The notes beneath the pieces were generated by a model. It ran no database searches and was not told the origin of the DNA. It saw only the letters and a list, made by a program, of their open reading frames with translations. The position numbers were made by a program, and so were the translations under genes. From a bacterium (GTDB lineage: Bacteria > Actinomycetota > Acidimicrobiia > Spongiisociales > JAENVV01), in the NCBI GenBank assembly GCA_024639975.1, contig JAHEFX010000001.1, positions 1,460-65,459 of the forward strand: 64,000 nucleotides of DNA. Reading direction: 5' to 3'. Each line of letters begins with the position of its first letter. Position 1 is the stretch's first letter. Positions 1 to 9,914 of this stretch are shown here, piece by piece.

Positions 1-1666
1 CGGACTCGCCCGTGTAGAGGGCGAGGGTCCAGAGTGCTTCCACCGCCAGCGAAGAACCACCCGGGGATGGGTTGTCCATCTGGTCGGTCGGGCGGACGAT
101 GAGGTCCTCGACGTCGTGGGCGGTGGCATACAGCTCGTCTCCCGCCACGAACCATTCGACCACGAGACGGGTGAGGCGCTCGGCCTCCTCGTACCAGCGG
201 TGGTCCCCGATCGCCTGGTAGAGGGTGAAGCAGGCGTTGGCCATCGACGCATGGTCCTCGAGCACTCCCCGAGGTCCGCGCTTCCCCTTCGCCCAGGTGC
301 GGTGGAGTCGGCCGTCGGGCAGCGATGCCGAAGCCAGCACGAACTCGGCGGCGGCGGTGGCGGCTTCCAGGAACCGGGGTTCGTCGAGGATCGCCCCGGC
401 CTCGGCGAGGGCTCTGATCATCAGCCCGTTCCAGGCCACGACGACCTTGTCGTCCAGTCCGGGCCGGACACGCCGGGATCGGGCCTCGAACAGCGCATCC
501 AGGCAGCGGGCAGCACTGGCCCGGACATCGTCGGCACCCAACCCGAGTCGGCCGGCCACCTCGTCGACTCCCGCCACGACGCGTAGGTGGTTCCGTCCTT
601 CGAAGTTCCCCCGGGCCGTGATGCCCCAGAGCGCCTCGCCGACCGGTGAGTCCGACCCGCACACCGACCGGAACTCGTCGAGGGCCCACGTGTAGAAGAG
701 CCCCTCCTCGCCTTCTGAGTCGGCGTCCTCGGCAGATGCGAAGGCACCCCCGGGGAGCCGGAGGTCACGGAGCACGTACTCGAGTGTGGACACGGCCACG
801 TCCCGATGGTGGTCGGGGCCGTCGCCCTGCCAGGACCGGAGGTACAGCCGGGCGAGGAGGGCGTTGTCGTAGAGCATCTTCTCGAAATGTGGGATCTCCC
901 ATCGGCGGTCCACGGAGTAGCGGCAGAACCCGCCTCCCGCGTGGTCACGGAGGCCACCGGCGGCCATGGCGTCGAGCGTTCGGTGGACGAATGCCCTCGC
1001 CTCGTCGTTGCCCTCACCGCCGGCCCGGAGGAGGAAGTCGAGGACCGGAGCCTGCGGGAACTTGGGAGCACCCCCGAACCCGCCGAAGGTGTGGTCGGCG
1101 TCGGCGAGGAGGCGTCGTCGGGCGGCGGCCAATTGCTCCTTGCCGAGCGCGTGGGTTCCCTTCGGTAGTGACGCCCCGATCGCCTCCGTGAGGCGGACAG
1201 CCTGTTCGGTCGCTTCCGCTCGGCGGTCGCTCCAGATGGACGACACGGCCTGCACCACCTCGCGGAACGATCGCATCCCATGCCTCGGCTCGGACGGGAA
1301 GTACGTGCCGGCGAAGAAGGGCTCGGCATCGGGGGTGAGCCACACCGACATGGGCCAGCCCCCCCGACCGGTCAGGGCCTGGACGGCGTTCATGTAGATC
1401 GCGTCGACGTCGGGACGCTCTTCCCGGTCGACCTTCACGTTGACGAAGGCGGTGTTCATCAGCGAAGCCGTGGTCTCGTCCTCGAAGGACTCGTGGGCCA
1501 TCACGTGGCACCAATGACAGGACGAGTAGCCGACGGAAAGGAAGACGGGAACGTCGCGTTCCCGGGCCTCGTCGAAGGCCTCCTGGCTCCACTCGTGCCA
1601 GTGCACCGGGTTGTCGGCGTGCTGGAGGAGGTACGGGGATGTGGCCCCGGCGAGTCGGTTGGACAC
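1..1666 (-). CDS. Thioredoxin-domain protein, YyaL/SSP411 (DUF255) family; 3' end runs off the window
   Basis: Manual translation from GTG 1666: MSNRLAGATSPYLLQHADNPVHW...SVGYSSCHWCHVMAHESFED, later GGWP, PKFP, HFEKMLYDNA. Missing from the ORF track because there is no stop in the window. TACCGT -10 lies 6 nt upstream. Confidence 0.92.
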   Translation of the reverse strand, partial: MSNRLAGATSPYLLQHADNPVHWHEWSQEAFDEARERDVPVFLSVGYSSCHWCHVMAHESFEDETTASLMNTAFVNVKVDREERPDVDAIYMNAVQALTGRGGWPMSVWLTPDAEPFFAGTYFPSEPRHGMRSFREVVQAVSSIWSDRRAEATEQAVRLTEAIGASLPKGTHALGKEQLAAARRRLLADADHTFGGFGGAPKFPQAPVLDFLLRAGGEGNDEARAFVHRTLDAMAAGGLRDHAGGGFCRYSVDRRWEIPHFEKMLYDNALLARLYLRSWQGDGPDHHRDVAVSTLEYVLRDLRLPGGAFASAEDADSEGEEGLFYTWALDEFRSVCGSDSPVGEALWGITARGNFEGRNHLRVVAGVDEVAGRLGLGADDVRASAARCLDALFEARSRRVRPGLDDKVVVAWNGLMIRALAEAGAILDEPRFLEAATAAAEFVLASASLPDGRLHRTWAKGKRGPRGVLEDHASMANACFTLYQAIGDHRWYEEAERLTRLVVEWFVAGDELYATAHDVEDLIVRPTDQMDNPSPGGSSLAVEALWTLALYTGES

Positions 1667-1761
1667 GAGCAGACGGTAGGTGTGACTTCGGCGGGATGTT
1701 GAGGGTCCAACGCCCTACACCGGCGCTTAGGATCCCGGCCACCGACCATGGAGACGTACCG

Positions 1762-2367
1762 ATGACCTCGTTCGCCTCGCCACGTCCGGCGACCCTCGCC
1801 GACCTGCTGCCCCGATCACGGACCCTGGATGTGGTCCTGGTGGTCGGGTTCGCCTTGCTGACCGCGGGCGCCGCACAGGTGGTGATCCCGCTCGGGTTCA
1901 CGCCGGTCCCGATCACGGGCCAGACCTTCGCCGTGCTCCTCGCCGGTGGCGTGCTCGGTGCGAATCGTGGGGCGCTGTCCCAGCTCCTGTACTGGGGCCT
2001 CGGTGCGCTGGGACTGCCCTTCTACGCGGAAGCCTCGGGGGGCTGGGAAGCCGCAACCGGGGCGACGGCCGGCTACCTCGTGGGCTTCATCCTCGCCGCC
2101 TGGGTGGTGGGCCGTTTGGCCGAGCACGGGCAGGACCGCACCATCGCCACCGCCATCCCGGCCTTCCTCGCCGGAACCGCCGTCATCTACACCTTCGGCG
2201 CCGGCTGGCTCGCCATGGCCCTGGAGGTCCCGCTCACCGCTCCGGCCGGGGAGCCGAGCGCCATCGCCTTCGGCGTCGCCCCGTTCCTCGTCGGCGACCT
2301 GATCAAAGCGGTCCTCGCCGGCCTCGCGCTCCCACTCGGCTGGAAGCTGCTGCGCCACCGGAACTGA
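1762..2367 (+). CDS. bioY: Biotin transporter BioY
   Basis: PVPITGQTFAVLLAG, GLPFYA, TAGYLVGF and PFLVGDLIK motifs. Start trimmed to ATG 1762 after GGAG. Confidence 0.92.
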   Translation: MTSFASPRPATLADLLPRSRTLDVVLVVGFALLTAGAAQVVIPLGFTPVPITGQTFAVLLAGGVLGANRGALSQLLYWGLGALGLPFYAEASGGWEAATGATAGYLVGFILAAWVVGRLAEHGQDRTIATAIPAFLAGTAVIYTFGAGWLAMALEVPLTAPAGEPSAIAFGVAPFLVGDLIKAVLAGLALPLGWKLLRHRN

Positions 2368-2467
2368 GCGGGTTCGGGTCGACACCCCAAAGGAGAAGCT
2401 CGCCTCAGGGGGATGGGGGAACCGGGACGCCTGCGGGAGCGTCTCCTCGGGCCGCAGCGAACCGTCG

Positions 2468-2956
2468 TCAGCCGGGGAGGCGTTTGCCCAGTACTCGGGC
2501 GACGGTTGCCAGCGGGGGGACGAGCCATGCGGTCGGGCCAGCCAAGCGGAAGACGTCCGAGTACTCGCTGACGAGCAGCGTCTGACCGAGCGTGTCCCTG
2601 CCCAGCGCGTTGGCCGTGCAGAAGAACTCGGCGGTCCGCAGGGCGGGCCGGGTCTGCCAAAGGACGGTCGTCGTCTCGGTCTCTTGGGCGTTTCGTGCCT
2701 TGTGGCGCGTGCCGCGGGGGATCTCGATCTCGCTACCCACGCCAACCGGGACCTCCTTGCCGTCGAGAACGAAGAGCATCACCCCCTCCTCGACGATGAA
2801 CCGTTCGTCCTGGCCCGGGTGGAAGTGGGTTTGCGGGAAGGGTGAGTCCGGGCGGTAGACGACCCGCTGCTCGTGCAGTTCGCCGTCGGTCTCGACAGCC
2901 GTTCGGAGGAACTCCGTCACGCCGAACGGGCTCTCGAGGATGGTGCCGGGTCCCAT
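2468..2956 (-). CDS. Cupin domain protein
   Basis: HFHPGQDERF...IPRGTRH cupin motifs; TAGCGT -10 lies 6 nt before the ATG. Confidence 0.85.
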   Translation of the reverse strand: MGPGTILESPFGVTEFLRTAVETDGELHEQRVVYRPDSPFPQTHFHPGQDERFIVEEGVMLFVLDGKEVPVGVGSEIEIPRGTRHKARNAQETETTTVLWQTRPALRTAEFFCTANALGRDTLGQTLLVSEYSDVFRLAGPTAWLVPPLATVARVLGKRLPG

Positions 2957-3012
2957 GCCGGGACGCTACCCATGCCGGATGCATCGAAGCCTGTCTATGT
3001 ATTGTCGGGCCC

Positions 3013-4158
3013 ATGGATGTGACTCTCGGCCTCCCAGTCGGCGCACAGGCGCCCGACGCCGCTTCCCTCCGACGGTTCTTCGGGGAGCGGGAGGATCTCC
3101 TCCCGCTCTGGATCGCCGAGCCATACGTCCCCCTGGCGCCGCCGGTCGTCGAAGCCATCGAGGACCGAGCCGCCGCCGGCTGGTACGGCTACGAGGTGCG
3201 GCCAGGGATCGAGGCCGCTTTCCGTTCATGGATGACATCCCGACACGGGTGGCGGCTCGACGACCTGGCCATCGCCGTCTCCCCAAGCCTCGGGACGTCG
3301 ATCGGCTCACTGATCGAGATGCACTCCGAGCCGGGTGACGGCGTCATCCTCCAGTCACCGGTCTTCACCGATTTCAAGCCGCTCGTCACGTCGGCAGGTC
3401 GAACCGTGGCCAAGGCACCCCTCTCGCTGGTCGACGACCGCTACGAGATGGACTTCGGCGCCCTGGCCGAAGCAGCGGAGGGTGCCTCGATGCTGATCCT
3501 CTGCAATCCCCACAATCCGGTCGGCAGGGCCTGGTCCGGCGCCGATCTCGCCCGGGTTGCCGACATCTGCTCCGAGCACGGCGTCTTCGTGGTCGCCGAC
3601 GAGATCCACGCCGACCTGGTCCTGGCGGGCAACACCTTCACCCCCTTCGCCTCGGTGGCTGGTGGGACCGAGGTCCGATGGGCTGCCCTCCACGGGCCGA
3701 TCAAGACCTTCGGGCTCGCGGGGCTGGCCGACACGTTGATCGTGTCCGACGATGATGAGACCATCGGTCGGTTCGGCGATCTCTCGGGCCGCCTCCACCT
3801 CACGCGCAACAACGTCGTCGGGATGGCAGCGACCCTCGCTGCCTACGAAAGGGGTGGCGAGTGGCTCGACGGGTTCCTTGGCGACCTGGAGACGAACTTC
3901 GACCGACTCGTCGCGGGCCTCCCCGAGCCGATCTCCCTCGTCGAGCCCGAGGCGACCTACCTCGCTTGGCTCGACTTCCGGGGTCTCGGCCTCGAGGTGC
4001 CGGAGCTCTCGGTGTGGTTGGCCGACGAGGCAGGACTGGCGCTGTCGCCCGGGCATTGGTTCGGTCGCGAGGGTGCCGGTTTCGCCCGCATGAGCATCGG
4101 CGCAGAGCCGCAGGTCATCGACGAGGCCATCGAGCGTTTGGCGAGGGCCGTGGGCTGA
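3013..4158 (+). CDS. PLP-dependent aminotransferase class I/II, MalY/PatB (cystathionine beta-lyase) type
   Basis: LPLWIAE, LCNPHNPVGR, ADEIHADL, IKTFGLAG and EATYLAWLDFR motifs. Confidence 0.9.
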   Translation: MDVTLGLPVGAQAPDAASLRRFFGEREDLLPLWIAEPYVPLAPPVVEAIEDRAAAGWYGYEVRPGIEAAFRSWMTSRHGWRLDDLAIAVSPSLGTSIGSLIEMHSEPGDGVILQSPVFTDFKPLVTSAGRTVAKAPLSLVDDRYEMDFGALAEAAEGASMLILCNPHNPVGRAWSGADLARVADICSEHGVFVVADEIHADLVLAGNTFTPFASVAGGTEVRWAALHGPIKTFGLAGLADTLIVSDDDETIGRFGDLSGRLHLTRNNVVGMAATLAAYERGGEWLDGFLGDLETNFDRLVAGLPEPISLVEPEATYLAWLDFRGLGLEVPELSVWLADEAGLALSPGHWFGREGAGFARMSIGAEPQVIDEAIERLARAVG

Positions 4159-4159
4159 C

Positions 4160-5782
4160 TCAGTTCGGCGACAGCTCGATCACCAACGATTCGAACGGGG
4201 CCAGTTCCTCGACCGGCCGGTAGCCCGGTCCGGCGTCGGCGGCCACCTCCCGCCCGAGGGCCGATGCCGCAGTCGCTGTCTGGTCGAGTGCCAGCGCGTA
4301 GTCGGAGACCGGCTCGTCGTCGAGGTTGATGACGACCAGTACCCGCTCGTCCCCGTGGGTCCGGACCATGGCGAATACACCGGCCGTTCCGGAGTCGACG
4401 ATGTCGGTGGTTCCCAGCCGAAGCGGATTCGAACCCGTCCGATACCCGATGAGATCGCGGTAGTGGGACAGCAGCGACTCGGGATCGTCCGACTGCGTTC
4501 CCACGTTCGCCTCTGCGTATCCGGGATAGGGCTGCCACCAGGGCCGCCCGGAGGTGAAGCCGACCTTGCCCACCTCGTCCGTCCACGGCATCGGGGTCCG
4601 GATGTTCTCGTCCGGCTTGTCCCCCCGCATGCCCACCTCCTCGCCGTAGTAGACGAACGGCACCCCCTCGGAGGTCATGAGCCACGTGGCGGCTGCCGCG
4701 GCGGCGGGCCACCGTCGGTCGAGGCGGGACATGACCCGGTCCTGGTCGTGGTTCGAGAGGAAGGTGGCCACCTGGCCGGGTGGGTAGGACCCCGACGCCG
4801 ACCCGGTTGCGACGCGCAGGAACTCCGCGTTCCCCCGTTCCAGCCCCGTGAGGACCGCGTCCGAGAGGTCGAACTCGAACCCGAGGTCAATGGAGTCCGG
4901 CACGTAGCCGGCGACGGTCTGCGTGTCGGACCACACTTCTCCGACGATCAGCACGTCCGGGTGGGTCGACCGGAGATCGTCGCGGAAGCGGGTGAGCCAT
5001 TGCTTGGTCTCCAGCGTGTCCTCTTGGACCGGCCCGTCCTCGATGAGGTGACGGGCGGCGTCCAGCCGGAACCCGTCGACACCGAGGTCGAGCCAGTGGC
5101 GGGCGACGAACAGGAGCTCGTTCGTGGGCCCGGGCTCGGTGAGTGCGAGGTCGGGCATCCCGGACCAGAAGAGGCCGTAGTACCAACGCTCGTCGAGCGG
5201 GTGCCAGACCCGCTGGCCCCATGGCCCGGGCCAGCGGGGGTCCGTGTCGCTGAATTCGTACCAGTCCGACTTCTCCGAAGCGGGCTCGGAAGCCTCCACG
5301 AACCAGGGATGCTCCACGGATGTGTGGTTGATGACCAGGTCGAGGATCACGTGGATCCCGCGCTCGTGAGCCGCCCGGACAAACGCCTCGAAGTCCCCTT
5401 GGGTCCCGTAGTCGGGGTCGACCGTGAGGTAGTCGGTGACGTCGTAGCCGTGGTAGGACGGCGACTCGAAGATCGGCATCAGCCAGATCCCCGTGATGCC
5501 GAGGTCCGTCGTCGTCTCCGGATCCCCGTCGTTCAGGTGGTCCAGTCGCTCGGTCAGCCCGACCAGGTCGCCGATCCCGTCGCCGTCCGAGTCGGCGAAG
5601 GAACGCACGAACACCTCGTAGAACACCCGGTCGTTCCACTCGGGGAGACCGGCGTCGATCGCTGCGATCCGATCGGGTTGCGGCACCGTGGTCGTGGTGG
5701 GTGGCGCAGGCGTCGGAGTCCCTGCCACGCAGGCACTCGCGACAAGTCCGACGGCGAGGGGGACGAGCATGCGGAGACGCAT
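4160..5782 (-). CDS. GH13 alpha-amylase-family lipoprotein
   Basis: Lipobox LVASAC; YHGYDV, DLVINH, GFRLDAARH, IVGEVW and FLSNHD catalytic regions. The ORF-track N-terminal extension overlaps dgt and was trimmed. Confidence 0.92.
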   Translation of the reverse strand: MRLRMLVPLAVGLVASACVAGTPTPAPPTTTTVPQPDRIAAIDAGLPEWNDRVFYEVFVRSFADSDGDGIGDLVGLTERLDHLNDGDPETTTDLGITGIWLMPIFESPSYHGYDVTDYLTVDPDYGTQGDFEAFVRAAHERGIHVILDLVINHTSVEHPWFVEASEPASEKSDWYEFSDTDPRWPGPWGQRVWHPLDERWYYGLFWSGMPDLALTEPGPTNELLFVARHWLDLGVDGFRLDAARHLIEDGPVQEDTLETKQWLTRFRDDLRSTHPDVLIVGEVWSDTQTVAGYVPDSIDLGFEFDLSDAVLTGLERGNAEFLRVATGSASGSYPPGQVATFLSNHDQDRVMSRLDRRWPAAAAAATWLMTSEGVPFVYYGEEVGMRGDKPDENIRTPMPWTDEVGKVGFTSGRPWWQPYPGYAEANVGTQSDDPESLLSHYRDLIGYRTGSNPLRLGTTDIVDSGTAGVFAMVRTHGDERVLVVINLDDEPVSDYALALDQTATAASALGREVAADAGPGYRPVEELAPFESLVIELSPN

Positions 5783-5811
5783 CGGCGTTGCCCTGGCCCT
5801 GATCGCCCGGG

Positions 5812-6813
5812 TCAGTCGAAGAGCGTCGGGCGGAACAGGGCGTCGTGGGCGGCCAGCGCGAACCGGTCGGTCATCCCCGATACGTAGTCGATGGCCCTCG
5901 TGAGGTCGTCGGCGTCGTCCACCTTGTAGGAATCCGGCACTTCGTCCGGGCGGTGGTGGAACCAGTCGGTCAGGTCCCGGATCACCTTGATGGCCCGGTC
6001 CTTCTGGCGGTCGGCATCGGCCCGGAGGTAGACATTGGTGAACATGAAGTCCCGCAGTTCGTGCATGACCTCGAGCGTCGGGTCGTCCATCACCACCTCC
6101 CCGGCTTCCACGGAGGCGTCGACGACCGCTCCCACCATCGATCCGATCCATTCCCTCGACGTGTGCCCGAAGCGTGCGAGCGCCGTCGGTGGGATTTCGT
6201 CGAATCGCAGCACGTCTGCCCGCAGGGCGTCGGAGACGTCGTGGGTGAGGTAGGCGATGCGGTCGGCGAATCGGCAGAGGTAGCCCTCAGGGGTGTTGGG
6301 CGGGGGGTCGATCTTCCACGAGTGGGCCCGGACGCCGTCGAGGACCTCCCACGAGAGGTTCAGCGGCTCGAGCACCGACAGGACCCGGACGCCCTGGGCG
6401 GAGTGCAACCATTCTCCATCGACGTAGGGGGTCAGGGCATCCTCACCGGTATGGCCAAATGGCGAATGCCCGACGTCATGGGCCAGGCAGATCGCCTCGG
6501 TGAGGTCCTCGTTCAGCCCGAGCCCGGCTGCCATCGCCCGACCCACCTGCGTGACCTGCATGGTGTGGGTGAGCCGGGTCACGTAGTGGTCGCCCTCGGG
6601 GTTGAGGAAGACCTGGGTCTTGTGCTTGAGCCGGCGGAAGGCCTTCGAGTGCACGATGCGGTCCCGATCCCGCTGGAAGGCGGTCCGGAACTCGTCGTGG
6701 GGCTCGTCGGATGACCGGCCCCGGCTCTCGGCGGCAAGGGTGGCTGCCGGGGAGAGGGTGTCCTGCTCGCGTTGCTCGCGTTCCGGTCGCAGGACGACGT
6801 GCATTCCGCTCAC
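5812..6813 (-). CDS. dgt: Deoxyguanosinetriphosphate triphosphohydrolase (HD family, short form)
   Basis: RTAFQRDRDRIVHSKAFRRLKHKTQV, TRLTH, HDVGHSPFGH and DYVSGMTD motifs. GTGA overlap with the phnE stop. Confidence 0.93.
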   Translation of the reverse strand: MSGMHVVLRPEREQREQDTLSPAATLAAESRGRSSDEPHDEFRTAFQRDRDRIVHSKAFRRLKHKTQVFLNPEGDHYVTRLTHTMQVTQVGRAMAAGLGLNEDLTEAICLAHDVGHSPFGHTGEDALTPYVDGEWLHSAQGVRVLSVLEPLNLSWEVLDGVRAHSWKIDPPPNTPEGYLCRFADRIAYLTHDVSDALRADVLRFDEIPPTALARFGHTSREWIGSMVGAVVDASVEAGEVVMDDPTLEVMHELRDFMFTNVYLRADADRQKDRAIKVIRDLTDWFHHRPDEVPDSYKVDDADDLTRAIDYVSGMTDRFALAAHDALFRPTLFD

Positions 6814-9107
6814 AGCAGGCGTTCACGCAGGCGTGAGGAGAGGTAGTCCATGCTCGCCACGACGATGGCGATGAAGAGCATCTGTACGGCAGCCGAGCGG
6901 TATTGGAGCAGGTTGACGTTCTGCTGCAGGATGAACCCGATGCCACCACCGCCGACGAAGCCGAGGATCGTCGACATGCGGACGTTGATGTCCCAGCGGT
7001 ACATGGTGAACGAGATGTATGGCGGAACGATTTGGGGCACGACCGCATAGACGATCGTCTGTAGACGCGTGGCGCCGGTGGCACGGACGGCCTCGATGGG
7101 ACCGGCCGCCACCCCCTCCACCTGCTCGGAGTACAGCTTTGCCAACGCTGCGGCCGTGTGCAGGGTGAGGGCGAGAGACCCGGCGAATGGACCGATGCCC
7201 ACCCATACGACGAACACGATGGCCATCACCAACGGCTCGATGGCGCGGAGCGTGTTGAAGATCGTGCGTGCGATGTAGTAGATGGTCAGGCCGATCTTGA
7301 CGTCCCCGTCGCCGCGTACGGCGCGGATCCCGATCAGGAGACCGACGATGCCGCCGACGATCGCGGCGATGAGGCGGGCCTGCCACGGGTCGGCGAATCG
7401 GTACAGCCAATCGAGGACCGACTCGACGACGAGGGCGACCACGGCACCGGCGACGATGGCCAAGGCGAGGTCGAGCACGGTTCGGGCCGCACCGTGGACG
7501 TTCCGGCGCAACGTGTAGCCGAGCCGGGAGGCGAGGTTGGCGAAGAGGCCGGCTCCGGCGATGGCGGCGATCGCGGTACTGAGGCCGGTGAGGATCTCGG
7601 CCATCGTGGAGAAGAACTCGGCGATGAAGTCGAAAGCTCCGAGGTATGGAGCCGTCAGGACCCCGAGGCGATCGAGGAGATCGGCGGCCACGAGGAAGGC
7701 AGCCAGCCCGAGGAGCGCCGCCACCACGATCCCGAGCGCTTGGAGCAACCGTTGGCGCCTTGACGGTCCGTCGACCTCGACCGGGGGCACCGTCAGGCGG
7801 AGAACGCCCACGATTGCACCGAGGATCGCCACAAGTGCGATCGCGGCCGTCAGCGGCCCTTGGGTGACGAGTTCTGCGCCGCTCCCGATGAGGGAGGCGG
7901 TGGCGACACCTACGCCGGCTCCGATCGGGAGCGCGATGAGTGACAGACCGAGGTTGGTGAGGGTGGTCGAGATATCCCGCATGACGTTGCGGGCGGAGAT
8001 GAATGAAAGCGGCACGGCGAGCAGGAGGCCGGCCGTGGTGGCGATCAGGGCCAGGAAGACGGTCTCGATGATGGCGTCGAGGCTGGTCCACGTCGTGTCG
8101 GAGACGCGCGGCGAGAGCTCTATCTGGTCGGCGACGAACGTGGCGTCGAGGAACTCCCCGGCCTCTGCGTCGTAGAGGGCAGTCCGCCACCCCGTGAGGT
8201 CGAAGCCGGGCGGACCGGTGATGACTATGTCCGTCCCGTCTTCGGTCGGAGAGAACGAGGCGACCGCCAACTCATTGGGCCCACGCTCGATCTCCCCGAA
8301 CGGCGTGGCGGTGGCGCCGTTTGCGAGCCCATCGGTGGCGGTGAAGGCCTCGCCGAACGAGACGAACTCGTCCACGGACCGACCGGGGTCGACGAGGGCG
8401 ACGGCGGCAACGGCCGGTGAAGCGCCTTCGATCGAGGCGGTGATGGCCCCGTCGGGACCGATCTCGGTCTCGTCGAGCACGCCGTTCTCGTTGGTGTCGG
8501 TCCACACCTCCACGCGGTCGCCCCAGGTGCCCACACGCTCCGAGGTGACGACCTCGATCGTTTGGGCCATGTCGGAAGGCCGATCAGGCGCCTCGAACTC
8601 GACGGTGAAGTCCCCGGCATCGTCGGCTTGGACCCGGCCCAAGGGGAGGTAGATGTCGAGGTCGGTGTTCGGCACCCAGTTCACCGAGACGATCTCGCCA
8701 GGGTCGAGGCCCCCGCCGGACACGACCATCGGCTCGCCGGGTGCGGCGCAGGTCGGTGTGACGGAGAAGGCCCCGGACGAAGGGTCCGCCGTTGCCGGCC
8801 CGCACGGCACCGCCGCTTCGAGTTCTCGAACCAGCTCGGTGGTGTCGTAGGTGACGAGCTCCGGCCGGGCGAGGGCTCGCATGATGCGGGTGAGGGAGTC
8901 CTGGCGAGTGGGTGACGAGGCGGCCGTCAAGTCGACTTCCGTGTAGTCGAAGGCGAGGGCGTAGGTCACGACCGCGGCGATGATCGCCAGGATGATCAGC
9001 AGCCGTCGGCGGGGGCCACGGTTGCGGCCGTCTCCCGGGACGGGGTCGGTGGTCGGGTCGTCCGTGTTCGGGGCGGACTCCGTGCGGGGCGGGGCGACGT
9101 CAGCCAA
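6810..9107 (-). CDS. phnE: PhnE/PtxC-family ABC permease, greatly enlarged (765 aa)
   Basis: C-terminal core LAKLYSEQVE...IEAVRATGA...YRWDINVRMSTILGFVGGGGIG; two large insertions. Confidence 0.9.
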   Translation of the reverse strand: MADVAPPRTESAPNTDDPTTDPVPGDGRNRGPRRRLLIILAIIAAVVTYALAFDYTEVDLTAASSPTRQDSLTRIMRALARPELVTYDTTELVRELEAAVPCGPATADPSSGAFSVTPTCAAPGEPMVVSGGGLDPGEIVSVNWVPNTDLDIYLPLGRVQADDAGDFTVEFEAPDRPSDMAQTIEVVTSERVGTWGDRVEVWTDTNENGVLDETEIGPDGAITASIEGASPAVAAVALVDPGRSVDEFVSFGEAFTATDGLANGATATPFGEIERGPNELAVASFSPTEDGTDIVITGPPGFDLTGWRTALYDAEAGEFLDATFVADQIELSPRVSDTTWTSLDAIIETVFLALIATTAGLLLAVPLSFISARNVMRDISTTLTNLGLSLIALPIGAGVGVATASLIGSGAELVTQGPLTAAIALVAILGAIVGVLRLTVPPVEVDGPSRRQRLLQALGIVVAALLGLAAFLVAADLLDRLGVLTAPYLGAFDFIAEFFSTMAEILTGLSTAIAAIAGAGLFANLASRLGYTLRRNVHGAARTVLDLALAIVAGAVVALVVESVLDWLYRFADPWQARLIAAIVGGIVGLLIGIRAVRGDGDVKIGLTIYYIARTIFNTLRAIEPLVMAIVFVVWVGIGPFAGSLALTLHTAAALAKLYSEQVEGVAAGPIEAVRATGATRLQTIVYAVVPQIVPPYISFTMYRWDINVRMSTILGFVGGGGIGFILQQNVNLLQYRSAAVQMLFIAIVVASMDYLSSRLRERLL

Positions 9108-9849
9108 CGCGCTCAGCCTCCTGACCGTAGATCGACTCGAAGCGTTGGTCGTCGATGTCCTGGGGGGTGCCGTCGTAGACGAGACGACCGTCGTTCAGGG
9201 CTATCGCCCGGTCGGCGTAGCGGTGGACCAGGTCGAGGAAGTGCAAGGAACAGAGCACCGTCACCCCGTCGGACTGGATGCGCTCGAGATGCTGCATGAT
9301 GGAGTGGGCGAGAACGGGGTCGAGGCTGGCGACCGGCTCGTCGGCGAGGAGCATCTCGGGGTTCTGCATGAGCGCCCGAGCGATGCCGACTCGTTGCTGC
9401 TGCCCACCCGACAGTTCGTCGGCGCGGGCGTAGGCCTTCTCTCGGAGACCGACCCGGTCGAGCCGGTCGAGGGCAGCGATCATGTCCCTCTCGCTGAACC
9501 GGTTCACGACGGAGAGTGCCGGGTTGGTGTAGCCCAGTCGTCCTGCGAGCACGTTGGTGATCACCTTGGAGCGATGGACGAGGTTGAAGTGCTGGAAGAC
9601 CATGCCGATCCGCCGTCGGATTCGGCGCAGGTCCTCCTGGCCGGCGTCGGTGATGTCCTCCCCATCCCAGAGGATCCGGCCTTCGGTCGGCTCGATCAGG
9701 CGGTTGATGCACCGCAAGAGGGTCGACTTGCCCGAGCCCGACAGTCCGATGACGGCCAGGAACTCGCCATCGGGGACGGTGAACGACACGTCTTCGAGCG
9801 CGACGGTCCCGTTGTCGTAGACCTTGGTGAGGTTGCGGACTTCAAGCAT
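9100..9849 (-). CDS. phnC: Phosphonate-type ABC transporter ATP-binding protein
   Basis: GLSGSGKST, LSGGQQQRVGIARAL and LADEPVASLDP motifs. Confidence 0.93.
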   Translation of the reverse strand: MLEVRNLTKVYDNGTVALEDVSFTVPDGEFLAVIGLSGSGKSTLLRCINRLIEPTEGRILWDGEDITDAGQEDLRRIRRRIGMVFQHFNLVHRSKVITNVLAGRLGYTNPALSVVNRFSERDMIAALDRLDRVGLREKAYARADELSGGQQQRVGIARALMQNPEMLLADEPVASLDPVLAHSIMQHLERIQSDGVTVLCSLHFLDLVHRYADRAIALNDGRLVYDGTPQDIDDQRFESIYGQEAERVG

Positions 9850-9862
9850 GGATGTCCCATTG

Positions 9863-9896
9863 TCGGGTGGGCGGGGCGAGGGCCCCGCCCACCCGA
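9863..9896 (-). terminator. Intra-operon stem-loop between phnD and phnC
   Basis: Perfect 15-bp stem tcgggtgggcggggc/gccccgcccacccga with a 4-nt loop. Probably a stabiliser or partial terminator that raises binding-protein levels. Confidence 0.65.
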
Positions 9897-9914
9897 AATG
9901 GTCGTCAGTGGTGG

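Noticed and set aside
5812..6813. dGTPase as an anti-phage nucleotide-depletion defence gene
   Set aside because: It is the short housekeeping-type Dgt, with no defence-island context or compositional anomaly.
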